Below the pieces are notes generated by a model, which was not told where the DNA came from, searched no databases, and worked only from the letters and a program-made list of their open reading frames with translations. A stretch of 38,932 nucleotides of DNA. Origin: Trichomonas gallinae. Taxonomy: Eukaryota. A program made the translations under genes and the position numbers. The stretch's first letter is position 1, and the number at the start of each line of letters is the position of its first letter. Of this stretch, positions 28,940 through 37,956 are shown one piece after another. The stretch spans positions 1 to 38,932 of the forward strand of contig MRSU01011515.1 in the NCBI GenBank assembly GCA_008369845.1. Direction: 5' to 3'.

Positions 28940-31900
28940 TTACATGGAATTCTTCTGGGAATCAGGTAGAGAGAATGATGCATTAGAAAGAAGATATGTG
29001 TGCCCATTCTCTTCAGCGCCAAGTTCTTTGACATAGTATTTCAAAAACTTAACTTCGCCGTAAGTTCTTTCACTGATGTGAACAAGCCACGGTGGGCAGA
29101 CTTCCGACAGTTTCATTGCACCTTGTGGAGTGTCACCGAGTACATCATATACTGGTTGCAATGTTCCGACCATTCCGCACTTGAAGCTGCCGGTGTGGAT
29201 ACCGATTGCTAAAGTGACTTTATTAGGATCGACAACTTTCGAGCAAAGCGACAACATCTTGAGCGCAACATCGCAAGCAGACTGTGCAGTAGACTTAGAA
29301 TGATTGAACAAGCCAGCGACAGCAATATAACTTAATCCACATGTTCTTATTCTGATTGTTTCATCATTCAAAGCTGAATCGAGAGACTGGAAAATTAATT
29401 GAGATGTTTTGATCAACTCTTCATTTGGTTCATCAGATCTAATAGTTGCACAAATTATTGAGCCAATGTCTACATGTAGTGATGGGTCTTGGCCGTCATC
29501 GTGTTTGGATCTGACAGTTGGAGGCATAATTAATGTTAGTAGAGATTCAACTTTTTCTTTTTCGAGTTTTATAGCTTCTTCGAGAACATGTAGTTGATTA
29601 TTGTCTTGTATAACAATTGCGAAGCTCTGCGCAGTTGTCATTGCTCTTGCATTGTTTTCATCATTCTCAGAGCAACCGTAAAATGTTATCAAAACACTCT
29701 GCATTTCGCCTTTTTCTGAAGCGATAAAAGACTCGAATGAAACCGAGCTTGTTTTAGATACACCAGCTATCATCTTTTTCGCGTTTCTTTCCATTCTTTG
29801 TATACTTCCTGCTTTGTCTTTGTCGACCAATGTGCGCATCAACAAATTGCGAATAGGTTCATTCTGGTCTGATAATTTCGTTATCTCTCTGAATCTTTTG
29901 TTTGCTGATTGAACCTGCAAAAATTCATCTAAAAGTGCTACACCACAATTAGAATAATCACAAGCGAATTCAACTGCCTCGTTGTTCATCGCTGAGCGGT
30001 TTTCAATCAGTGCTCTTGAACTCAAAGACAAAGAACCAGCAAACCATTTGACAATCGTTGGGCTGCGCATCAGAGCTTCTGGAGGAATCAAACAAATCAA
30101 TGTTCTGGGTGTCTTAATATGATGTATCAATAAAGTTAATGACGGGCGAACGAAAACTAATGCGTACAAAATCTGCATGACCAAAAGGAGAATGTAAACA
30201 ATCATTAGTTCATTTGTCTTCGTTGTGTTCAAGTTTTGAACTTTGTTGTCGAACATGTCCATACCTTCTTTAAGGAAAGGAATAATGTGGGCAAACAAAA
30301 TATGCTCGTAGTGATAAGTAAAGTTATCTGCGTAAGAAATATCAGGATCAGCAGTATTATTGAATATCCAGTCTGATATGGAACTAAACAATGAAACTTG
30401 TGCTTCACAACTCAAGCTGTAATAAACGTCATGAATCACACCATATATAGGAATATCATCGTCAACAACTCTAGTGTCAATGAAGGAGCTTCTCGTGTAA
30501 ACTTGTCCAATGTCAGATCCGAGATTGAGTCCAGGCTCTATATTGTTATTTGATGCTCCATACAACAGTGTGTTAAATCTGTTATGGAAATTATCTACAT
30601 AAGCAAGGGTCATGTTAATGAGTCTATTACGGGTATAGCTGTCTGTGTTATTAGAAAACAGTTCTTGTGCCCAAACATAGCAACTGGCTGCGTTGGAATA
30701 AACAGAGATTGAATACGAAAATGAATTTGTCATTTTGATGAGGTCAGACATTGAGTACATGAACGAGTAGATACCGACACAACTCAAAATGCAAGTGCCA
30801 ACTAAAAAAATCAAACAGACTTCTATCCATTCCATGAAGATGCCTTGCCTGTACCTAGGAACAGTCGCCAAGTTCTCTATGAGTTCTTCCTTGCGTAAAT
30901 TCGCGCCTTCAAGAGAATCGTCTGGATTTGAATTTTGTTTCGCAAGTTCGCCGCTTTTCTTGTTCGAAAATCTTATTGCTGAGATTTCGCTCTTTGGTAA
31001 ACTAAAGAATAATCTGAGATAGAACTTAATTTCGTGATTCGCGATGATCAAAGAAACAATAATAAGTGGAACAATGATTAAAATTGGAACAGCGAAAGTA
31101 AAGAAATAGAAAACATAGCAAAGACGCGTGAAAATGTCATTATAGGATAGAATCCTTGAGTTGAGCGTGGATAAAGTAGATGTAATGCCTTGGATTGCAG
31201 AATTAAAATTATCAAACAAAAATTGGAAATTTTCGTTGTAGTTGATATCTGTCATGTTATCTAAGTTCTTCAGTTGACCAGCCGAAAGTAAAAAGCTGGA
31301 AATTAAACTATATAATGTTGCTTCGGAAGTTGAGTCTCCTGTGATGATCTTATAGTTCTTGGAGCTGCATATATCTTCTGGGATATTTCCTTTTGTGCAG
31401 GAATCAAGAAATGAAGTCAAATTATTATTTAATTCATCAACATATTGATCAAATGACTTGCGTGTATTGGAAAGGTTGCTAAATTCAAGGAGAGCACCTC
31501 TTACAGGGCCAACATAAACGTCTCTGATCTTATCTTGTTGATATAATGAAATTCTTCGAACCAGTTGTGGAATTCTGCTGATTTCCATTTGTATGGCACC
31601 AACAATTTCAATTGGCTCTGTTGTACTTAGGAAATTGTTAACTCTGACTAATGCAATAATTAATTGGCACAAAGGCATGAAAATCATTAAGAAAACCATG
31701 ATAACACCAGCAGTAATCAACAAATTACGTGAAGGAAATGGCAAATTTTCAACAATTTGCTGAACAGATATCCATGGATCCATCTGATCCTGGAAATTGT
31801 GATCTACATCGTCCAAATCAGTAGATGATGTATGTTCGCTATCCATGTCACCGATTTTTCTTATTCTATTGAGTTTTGCTTGCAGATCCATTGTTTTTAC

Positions 31901-33613
31901 ATGATCTCCAAGTGATTTGTGGTAAATGATAACAGATTCGCGGAAAACTGTCTGTGAGTGTGGATAATTTCGCATCAAATTCGTAAATAATGTATCAGTT
32001 CGAACTTGTTCACATGAAATTTGGGGTAAAACTTCCATCATTCCATGAATTCTCTGCTTAATGGCTGCTCCCCAGAACTCTGAGCAGAATCCTTGCAATG
32101 AATAACTTGCTCGTTTACAAAAAGCAACAGAATTTAATAATGGCTGATTTAATTGAGTCAAAAGTTCTTGTCTGAGGTGATCAAACAGCATTGCAAAACT
32201 TCTCGTATTGAATGGACCAGAAGAAAGCTTCTGAACACTCGTACTCAGAGAATTTAACATGCGAACATCATTTTGTAAAGCGTAAGATACTTGGCAAGCG
32301 CTTAATAACAGATCAGATTTGAGTGTTTGATCTGTACACCATTTAATGAAGCTCTGATCTTCAACTTCCGGAACATCAAATAAAAATCCAATCCTAAGAT
32401 AAAGTGCGAGAGTATGCTCACCGGATATCCCCATTTTGAGGAAATCTACGTTCGTTGTCTTATTTAAATGAAGTATTGCCGCTGAAAGTGGATCCAAATT
32501 AGAATCATTGTCTTCCTGCTCTTCTGTCGCCCTCATGTTATTGAAAGCGTTGACAATCATCTTGCAGCGTGAAGAAATCAGGAATTTCGCTAGTTGGTAA
32601 GCTACAGGAATGAATAACATGCACGCAAGGAAATAATATGGTGAGTATTTCGATGCATAGTGAGCGACAAGTGGAAAATAGCTAAATGGAACAGCAGAAA
32701 AGGCCGTGGACAGTAAAACAGCGTTATATTTGAGGGCTATTGCTGGTATAGTGAACCAGAAATTGAAAGCGAATAGAACTGCTAATAAATGAATAATTAA
32801 AATGAAAGCGATTTCTTTGGCTGGACTTGATAAAAAACGTAAAATACAGGCGATAATCATATCCACGAACAGAACTAAGTTGATTTCTGAGTCTAAAGCG
32901 GATTGCGAATACCAAAACTGTGTAGAATCGTTGTTTCTTATAATCGGTGTGGCATTGTAAACACTGCATGAAAAGAAAATATAGACTAATTGAATAACGA
33001 ACAATGGTATCGAAATAATAAAATTAATTAAATAATCGCGATGATATTTGGCAATCATATATGTCATATTCGAGAGGAAGTAGTATGATGTGTACATTGA
33101 GAATATCGGACCTACGATTCTTGATGTGAGGATCCAAATATAGATTTGGGCACGAGTTGGCGATGTTTCGTATTTATAACATACTAAGTTGCGTATTAAT
33201 AAGTATGTAAAAGTAATGTAAACGAGAATTAACGAAACATTAAATGAAATGTTCAAGTTTAAAGACGCATTTTCCGGTAAAATTGTCATCAGATACTTTA
33301 ATATTTGTGTGAATGTATCAAAAACCGAATTTCCAGACTTATCTGCTAATAATACTCCTGATCCACCTAAAAGAGCAAAGAAAGGAAATATGAACTCTCG
33401 TATTGTATTTATCCATGGTTTGACTTCGTTGAATCTACCGACGTCGAGTGAAAATTGTGTAACGTAATTTTGGATTGGTATATGGTCTGAGTATTCTTCA
33501 TCTTTCACACCGTATTTTTCGCCACCATTCCACATGGCACTGGTGTCGACTTCATATTTTCGTGAAAGAGTGGACTTCGAGTGTATGCTTGAGGCTGCAT
33601 ACACAGAAGTCAT
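28940..33613 (-). CDS. Multi-TM adenylyl/guanylyl cyclase-family protein with a degenerate class III catalytic domain
   Basis: N-terminal TM bundle, further TM pairs, a PAS-like region, then IGIHTGSFKCGMVG...YDVLGDT...VHISERTY. Start set at MTSVYAASS because an Inr-like element lies just upstream. Confidence 0.9.
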   Translation of the reverse strand: MTSVYAASSIHSKSTLSRKYEVDTSAMWNGGEKYGVKDEEYSDHIPIQNYVTQFSLDVGRFNEVKPWINTIREFIFPFFALLGGSGVLLADKSGNSVFDTFTQILKYLMTILPENASLNLNISFNVSLILVYITFTYLLIRNLVCYKYETSPTRAQIYIWILTSRIVGPIFSMYTSYYFLSNMTYMIAKYHRDYLINFIISIPLFVIQLVYIFFSCSVYNATPIIRNNDSTQFWYSQSALDSEINLVLFVDMIIACILRFLSSPAKEIAFILIIHLLAVLFAFNFWFTIPAIALKYNAVLLSTAFSAVPFSYFPLVAHYASKYSPYYFLACMLFIPVAYQLAKFLISSRCKMIVNAFNNMRATEEQEDNDSNLDPLSAAILHLNKTTNVDFLKMGISGEHTLALYLRIGFLFDVPEVEDQSFIKWCTDQTLKSDLLLSACQVSYALQNDVRMLNSLSTSVQKLSSGPFNTRSFAMLFDHLRQELLTQLNQPLLNSVAFCKRASYSLQGFCSEFWGAAIKQRIHGMMEVLPQISCEQVRTDTLFTNLMRNYPHSQTVFRESVIIYHKSLGDHVKTMDLQAKLNRIRKIGDMDSEHTSSTDLDDVDHNFQDQMDPWISVQQIVENLPFPSRNLLITAGVIMVFLMIFMPLCQLIIALVRVNNFLSTTEPIEIVGAIQMEISRIPQLVRRISLYQQDKIRDVYVGPVRGALLEFSNLSNTRKSFDQYVDELNNNLTSFLDSCTKGNIPEDICSSKNYKIITGDSTSEATLYSLISSFLLSAGQLKNLDNMTDINYNENFQFLFDNFNSAIQGITSTLSTLNSRILSYNDIFTRLCYVFYFFTFAVPILIIVPLIIVSLIIANHEIKFYLRLFFSLPKSEISAIRFSNKKSGELAKQNSNPDDSLEGANLRKEELIENLATVPRYRQGIFMEWIEVCLIFLVGTCILSCVGIYSFMYSMSDLIKMTNSFSYSISVYSNAASCYVWAQELFSNNTDSYTRNRLINMTLAYVDNFHNRFNTLLYGASNNNIEPGLNLGSDIGQVYTRSSFIDTRVVDDDIPIYGVIHDVYYSLSCEAQVSLFSSISDWIFNNTADPDISYADNFTYHYEHILFAHIIPFLKEGMDMFDNKVQNLNTTKTNELMIVYILLLVMQILYALVFVRPSLTLLIHHIKTPRTLICLIPPEALMRSPTIVKWFAGSLSLSSRALIENRSAMNNEAVEFACDYSNCGVALLDEFLQVQSANKRFREITKLSDQNEPIRNLLMRTLVDKDKAGSIQRMERNAKKMIAGVSKTSSVSFESFIASEKGEMQSVLITFYGCSENDENNARAMTTAQSFAIVIQDNNQLHVLEEAIKLEKEKVESLLTLIMPPTVRSKHDDGQDPSLHVDIGSIICATIRSDEPNEELIKTSQLIFQSLDSALNDETIRIRTCGLSYIAVAGLFNHSKSTAQSACDVALKMLSLCSKVVDPNKVTLAIGIHTGSFKCGMVGTLQPVYDVLGDTPQGAMKLSEVCPPWLVHISERTYGEVKFLKYYVKELGAEENGHTYLLSNASFSLPDSQKNSM

Positions 33614-33634
33614 TTTGTATGATAGATTCTCGAA

Positions 33635-33643
33635 AAAAGGTGA
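33635..33643 (-). promoter_or_regulatory. Inr/M5-like element TCACCTTTT
   Basis: 21 nt upstream of ATG 33613. Contains both TCAC and CCTTT. Confidence 0.55.
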
Positions 33644-34461
33644 CAAAATTTCAATGTTTTCATTCGTTATTTTGAAAAAACGAAAATGCAATATTTTGTT
33701 TTTAAACACATTTTGCATGTTTTTATTCTTTTGAGAAATTCTATGAATTGAAATATTTTGATTCCAAACTATTACTTAACATATACTGAATATTTTTTCA
33801 AAGAATAAAAGAACCCGATTTTACATTAAGGTTATTAGGCAATTCTATCAAAATTTGTTGATTTTTTGTATACGATAATGGACATATTCCTGTTTTTCAC
33901 GCAAAAACCAAACAATTGGCAGGAATTCATTGAATTTTACAGGCGTGCATTTATTTCAAAAATTTGCTGATAAATGCATAAATAGTGATTATTATTTTCT
34001 AACAATAAAACATTTGAAGCGAAAATAATCACACACTCTCAACATTTTGAATGCAAACAACAAAAACCTCTAATTCAATAAAATTAACCTATTCCTGTTA
34101 ATCTAAAGTTCTGTATCATCTTTCAGAAAAATTTCTCAGAAAACTCACACTCAAAATTTTCTATGCTATAGATAAAAGTGACTATAAATTTGCTATCTGA
34201 CACGTAAAATTATTTTACATAACATTTTCATTCTCTATTGTTATAATCCTGTTTCATTCATTCTTATCCATCAAATTACCTTTTATCACCAATAAAGTAA
34301 ACAAATAATTCACTACTCTTAATAAAATCTCTAAAACAAATACCAAACCAACAATTGCTTATTTAAAATACTTCTTCTCTGCGTATATGATTTAAAGTGG
34401 TGTAAAAAGGAAATAAATGAGAATATTAGATGCTAAAATAAAAACATAATATTATATTTAT

Positions 34462-35556
34462 TTATTGTATTTTGTTGTATAAAAGCATGTATGCTTGTCT
34501 TTCCATTTCATTTCCATCTCTAATTCCATATATTTCTGAATCATCGAATTCTCTCCAATTTCCATCTGAACGCTTTGATAGACAAATATAGTGTCCAGAT
34601 GCAGGAGAAGCTCCAATGTGAATGACTACAGCAGCAAGTTCGAAGTTCTGGTTCATCAAACGAATTTCTTTGGGATATTTAACAAAATCATCTCTTTTGA
34701 TGACACCTGCTCCATCAAATGCAAATCTTTTGAGTGAAATAACAATAGAATCAGGCAAGGAGAGGAATGTATTCTTCTTGGATGTTCCATCACCAATATC
34801 AGAGAAATTCAGAAAATGATCTATTGATTCTTCAAGTGTTGGATATAAATCTAGTGGAAGGACTAAATAAGGTTCATGACCAACAGATCTTGAATGGCCG
34901 TTATTTAAAGTATCAGCGCGAACAATACTGCCAAAGATATGAGTAATTGGAGATTTTTTGACTGCATCATCAGCAATTGTAATTCTACCGCTATTTATTC
35001 CTTTAGTTTGCCAGCCTCCTGCTTCTTGTTTGAAGTTTCCATAACTTTCCAATTCGCGGAGTTCATCATGAAGCTTATTGAGAAGAAACATTGTAAATTC
35101 AGCAGCATCTTCCATAGTAAGTGGTCTACGTTGTGAAGAAAATGGACCAATGAACTCATCCAAAACTTCGAGGGATTTTTGAGTTTTATCAGTAGCATAT
35201 GATCTTGCAAACTTGCATAAAGCACACCATGTAGGAGCAGATGCTAATTGTGCAATTGAAAAATAGCGAATATTATTTTTCATGAATAATATAAAACTTA
35301 CGAATTTTGGAGAAGAGAAAAGTAGCTGAATTGATGCATTAGCAAAACACATCAGTCCTTTGTTGAGCAAACCGTATGGTGGTAGTTCAATTTTCTTCAA
35401 TGTATAGTTCTGATCGTGCAAAATATTCGCGAAATCCTTCTCAAATTGAAGAGTTAACTCGACAAGATGATTCGTGTAGAATTTTAGTATCTCAGGAGGA
35501 TACTCAATTGTCTTTGATATCTCTACCCACTGAGGATTTTTCCCCAAATGCCTCAT
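34462..35556 (-). CDS. Ubiquitin-specific protease (peptidase C19), Ubp3/USP10-like
   Basis: Cys box GLLNKGLMCFANASIQ, EDAAEF, SPITHIFG, LKRF, His box VIHIGASPASGHY and WREFDD. Catalytic triad residues are present. Confidence 0.92.
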   Translation of the reverse strand: MRHLGKNPQWVEISKTIEYPPEILKFYTNHLVELTLQFEKDFANILHDQNYTLKKIELPPYGLLNKGLMCFANASIQLLFSSPKFVSFILFMKNNIRYFSIAQLASAPTWCALCKFARSYATDKTQKSLEVLDEFIGPFSSQRRPLTMEDAAEFTMFLLNKLHDELRELESYGNFKQEAGGWQTKGINSGRITIADDAVKKSPITHIFGSIVRADTLNNGHSRSVGHEPYLVLPLDLYPTLEESIDHFLNFSDIGDGTSKKNTFLSLPDSIVISLKRFAFDGAGVIKRDDFVKYPKEIRLMNQNFELAAVVIHIGASPASGHYICLSKRSDGNWREFDDSEIYGIRDGNEMERQAYMLLYNKIQ

Positions 35557-35595
35557 CAAACAAAAAATTTTTAAAAAATTTTGCCGCTGTCAAAA

Positions 35596-35626
35596 CCACA
35601 AACATCACAAGATCAAATCTGGTTCT
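35596..35626 (+). repeat. 31-bp direct repeat, copy A
   Basis: CCACAAACATCACAAGATCAAATCTGGTTCT, 26/31 identical to 36039-36069. Confidence 0.85.
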
Positions 35627-35649
35627 CTCTCTTTTTTTTTTTTCTGATA

Positions 35650-36198
35650 AAAATGCTGACATTTGGTTCACTCAGTGGGGAACAAGATTTTCGTTTCCAA
35701 GTACCAATATAGTTTTGGATCTCGCAATGACATATGTCAAAAATTCACCATGCAAATATTCGACATCTACATTCGTTGGTGAATAGAATTGGACAAATCA
35801 AGTAGTTAAACTTATTAGTATACTATTCACCTTATATACGAAGATTATCCCCCAAAAATCCCGCATGTCTCGTTGCAAACCTGTCTTAAAATGTAAACTA
35901 TAGAAAATCATTGCCGTTTAGAAATTTGTTTGAGTCGATAGAAGAAGGGTACATGGACACTACAGTAAGTCCACCATCTCCACATGAAGACCAACCAGTA
36001 ATGAATTCATTCCTCAATGTAATGATATTTTAAAAATTCCACAAACATACAAAGTTCAAATCGGGTTCTACCAATTTTTTATCTGAACAGGAATCTATTT
36101 ATCCTCCATAATTAGCCTGATAACTGCTAAATAACACGAAACCATGATAACGTTCTATTTCTCCAAATTAATCACATGTATGGATCGAGAAAAAAAAT
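35650..36198 (-). ncRNA. Candidate structured non-coding RNA(s), possibly an H/ACA-like cluster
   Basis: No credible long ORF. Inr at 36200-36193. Consecutive hairpins whose G-U pairs form only on the minus strand. No known RNA family recognised. Confidence 0.45.
36039..36069 (+). repeat. 31-bp direct repeat, copy B
   Basis: CCACAAACATACAAAGTTCAAATCGGGTTCT, 443 bp from copy A. Confidence 0.85.
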
Positions 36199-36211
36199 GA
36201 TTCAAACCGTC
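36193..36211 (-). promoter_or_regulatory. M3/Myb-like GACGGTTT followed by Inr TCATTTTT
   Basis: Minus strand reads GACGGTTTgaaTCATTTTTTTT with no protein-coding start downstream. Confidence 0.6.
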
Positions 36212-36350
36212 AGATTTTTTGACCATTTATCCCATTATAAGTCAAATAAACGATTTTCGAAATAAAAAATGCTGATATAACGAAAATTTTCGTAAAATAT
36301 AATTTACAAAATTTTCTATGTACTCTATCAAAATTTGTTCATAAAAAAAG

Positions 36351-37514
36351 ATGTCTGAAATCTTGATTGTTGGCGATAACCGCACTGCCTTAGGATCCTT
36401 CAGGGGCAGTATCTCAATGATCCCTGGCCCGCAGTTATGTGGAGAAACAATGAAAGCATGCGCAAATAAGGCCGGAATTCCTCTCGACCAATTTAACTCA
36501 GTGTATATTGGCAATGTTGTACAAGCTGGAATAGGACAGAATCCAGCCAAACAAGCGGCACTTGCAGCTGGGTTCCCAGTTACTACTCCATGCACGTTAA
36601 TTAATAAGGTGTGCTGCTCTTCACTTAAGGCTTTACAATTAGGTGCACTTGAAATCAGAGCAGGTGACTCACAAGCTGTTATGGTTGGTGGCTTCGAGTC
36701 AATGTCTCGTGCACCTCATATTATGCCAAACTCACGAAATGGTTATCGTATGGGCGATTTTACCGTCCAAGATGCCTTAATTAAGGATGGTCTTTGGGAT
36801 GCTACATATGATAAGCATATGGGACAACTCGTTGACCAATTAAACAATGAACTCGGCATAACTCGTGAAGAACAAGACCGCTTTGCAATCCAATCATTCG
36901 ACCGTGTTAATGAGGCATGGAAAAACCATGCTTTCGATGATCAAATCGTCCCAATTCAAACACCAACTGGCGAATTTAAGGTTGATGAGAACATGAACAA
37001 ATTAGTCCGCGAAAAGGTTCCTAACTTACGCCCGACATTTACAAAGGAGGGAACAATTACTGCAGCTAACGCATCAAGCATTGCTGATGGTGCAGCCGCA
37101 GTCGCAATTTGCTCATCCGAATTCGCCAAAGAGCACAATTTGAAGCCAATCGCACGCATCATCTCATTCGGAGAAGCTGGTATCGATCCTGCTAGATTCC
37201 CACTCGCTCCTGTCGGTGCTGTTAAGAATGCTCTTCAAAAGGCCAATCTTACAGTAAACGACATCGATCTTTGGGAGTTTAATGAGGCATTCGCTTCGGT
37301 TCCAATCATGATAATGAAAGATCTCGGAATTACAGAAGATAAGGTTAATATTCTTGGTGGAGCTTGCGCAATCGGTCATCCTCTTGGTTGCACAGGCATT
37401 AGGATTGTTACTGCACTCATTGCTGCCCTTAAATTACGTGGATTGAAGAAAGGATGTGCAGCACTTTGCAATGGTGGTGGCGGTGGTAACGCAGTCATCA
37501 TTGAATTGCTCTAA
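36351..37514 (+). CDS. Acetyl-CoA C-acetyltransferase (acetoacetyl-CoA thiolase)
   Basis: NKVCCSS active-site Cys, GGFESMS, NASSIADGAAA, NEAF, GHPLGCTG and CNGGGGG (Erg10/T2-type). Confidence 0.95.
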   Translation: MSEILIVGDNRTALGSFRGSISMIPGPQLCGETMKACANKAGIPLDQFNSVYIGNVVQAGIGQNPAKQAALAAGFPVTTPCTLINKVCCSSLKALQLGALEIRAGDSQAVMVGGFESMSRAPHIMPNSRNGYRMGDFTVQDALIKDGLWDATYDKHMGQLVDQLNNELGITREEQDRFAIQSFDRVNEAWKNHAFDDQIVPIQTPTGEFKVDENMNKLVREKVPNLRPTFTKEGTITAANASSIADGAAAVAICSSEFAKEHNLKPIARIISFGEAGIDPARFPLAPVGAVKNALQKANLTVNDIDLWEFNEAFASVPIMIMKDLGITEDKVNILGGACAIGHPLGCTGIRIVTALIAALKLRGLKKGCAALCNGGGGGNAVIIELL

Positions 37515-37956
37515 ATACTATTTCAATCTTTCAATGAAGCATTTAATAAATGTTTTATCTGAATTTCTATTTTTCTAAATTCCTTAACTATTTACATGAC
37601 AAAAATCTAATTTACACAACAAAATATTATATACATGACAGATTTTAAATTTACATGTCAATTTTTCATAATTCTTTTTTTACATTCAAGGACAAACAAA
37701 GTCCTATAGCATTGTGAGATTTTCTAATATATGACTATTATCGCACTACGGTATCTATAGCCTCAATTTGGAAGGATTATTGTGCTGATACTTGGTGTTC
37801 GCACCTTTTTGAGTGAAAGCAAATTAATATGTAAAAAATCTTTACATTTCAGATTACTAATTTACATGTCAAAAATAAATGAAAATTAACGTATAGTTTT
37901 AACCAGATTATAACAATAGATCCGTTATAGTCTAAATAAGTGAAATACCAAATTAA

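Noticed and set aside
35653..35712. Micro-ORF MLTFGSLSGEQDFRFQVPI, reminiscent of the USP10 FGDF motif
   Set aside because: On the opposite strand to the USP gene, only 19 aa, and inverting the segment would not restore a reading frame.
35840..36005. Plus-strand fragments EDYPPKIPHV, EICLS and SPHEDQPV resembling a ubiquitin-conjugating E2
   Set aside because: Spread across frames with many stops and no HPN motif. Too weak to call, though blastx should exclude it as an alternative to the ncRNA idea.
36039..36080. Possible tRNA gene
   Set aside because: Only a B-box-like 9-mer and CCA are present. No acceptor, D or anticodon stems can be built.
35650..36198. U1/U2/U4/U5/U6, U3, SRP or RNase P/MRP identity
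   Set aside because: Hallmark motifs (ACTTACCTG, GTAGTA, GCCTTTTAC, ACAGAGA, C/D boxes, P4 strands) were not found by eye. The ATTTTTG Sm-like sites are uninformative in AT-rich DNA.
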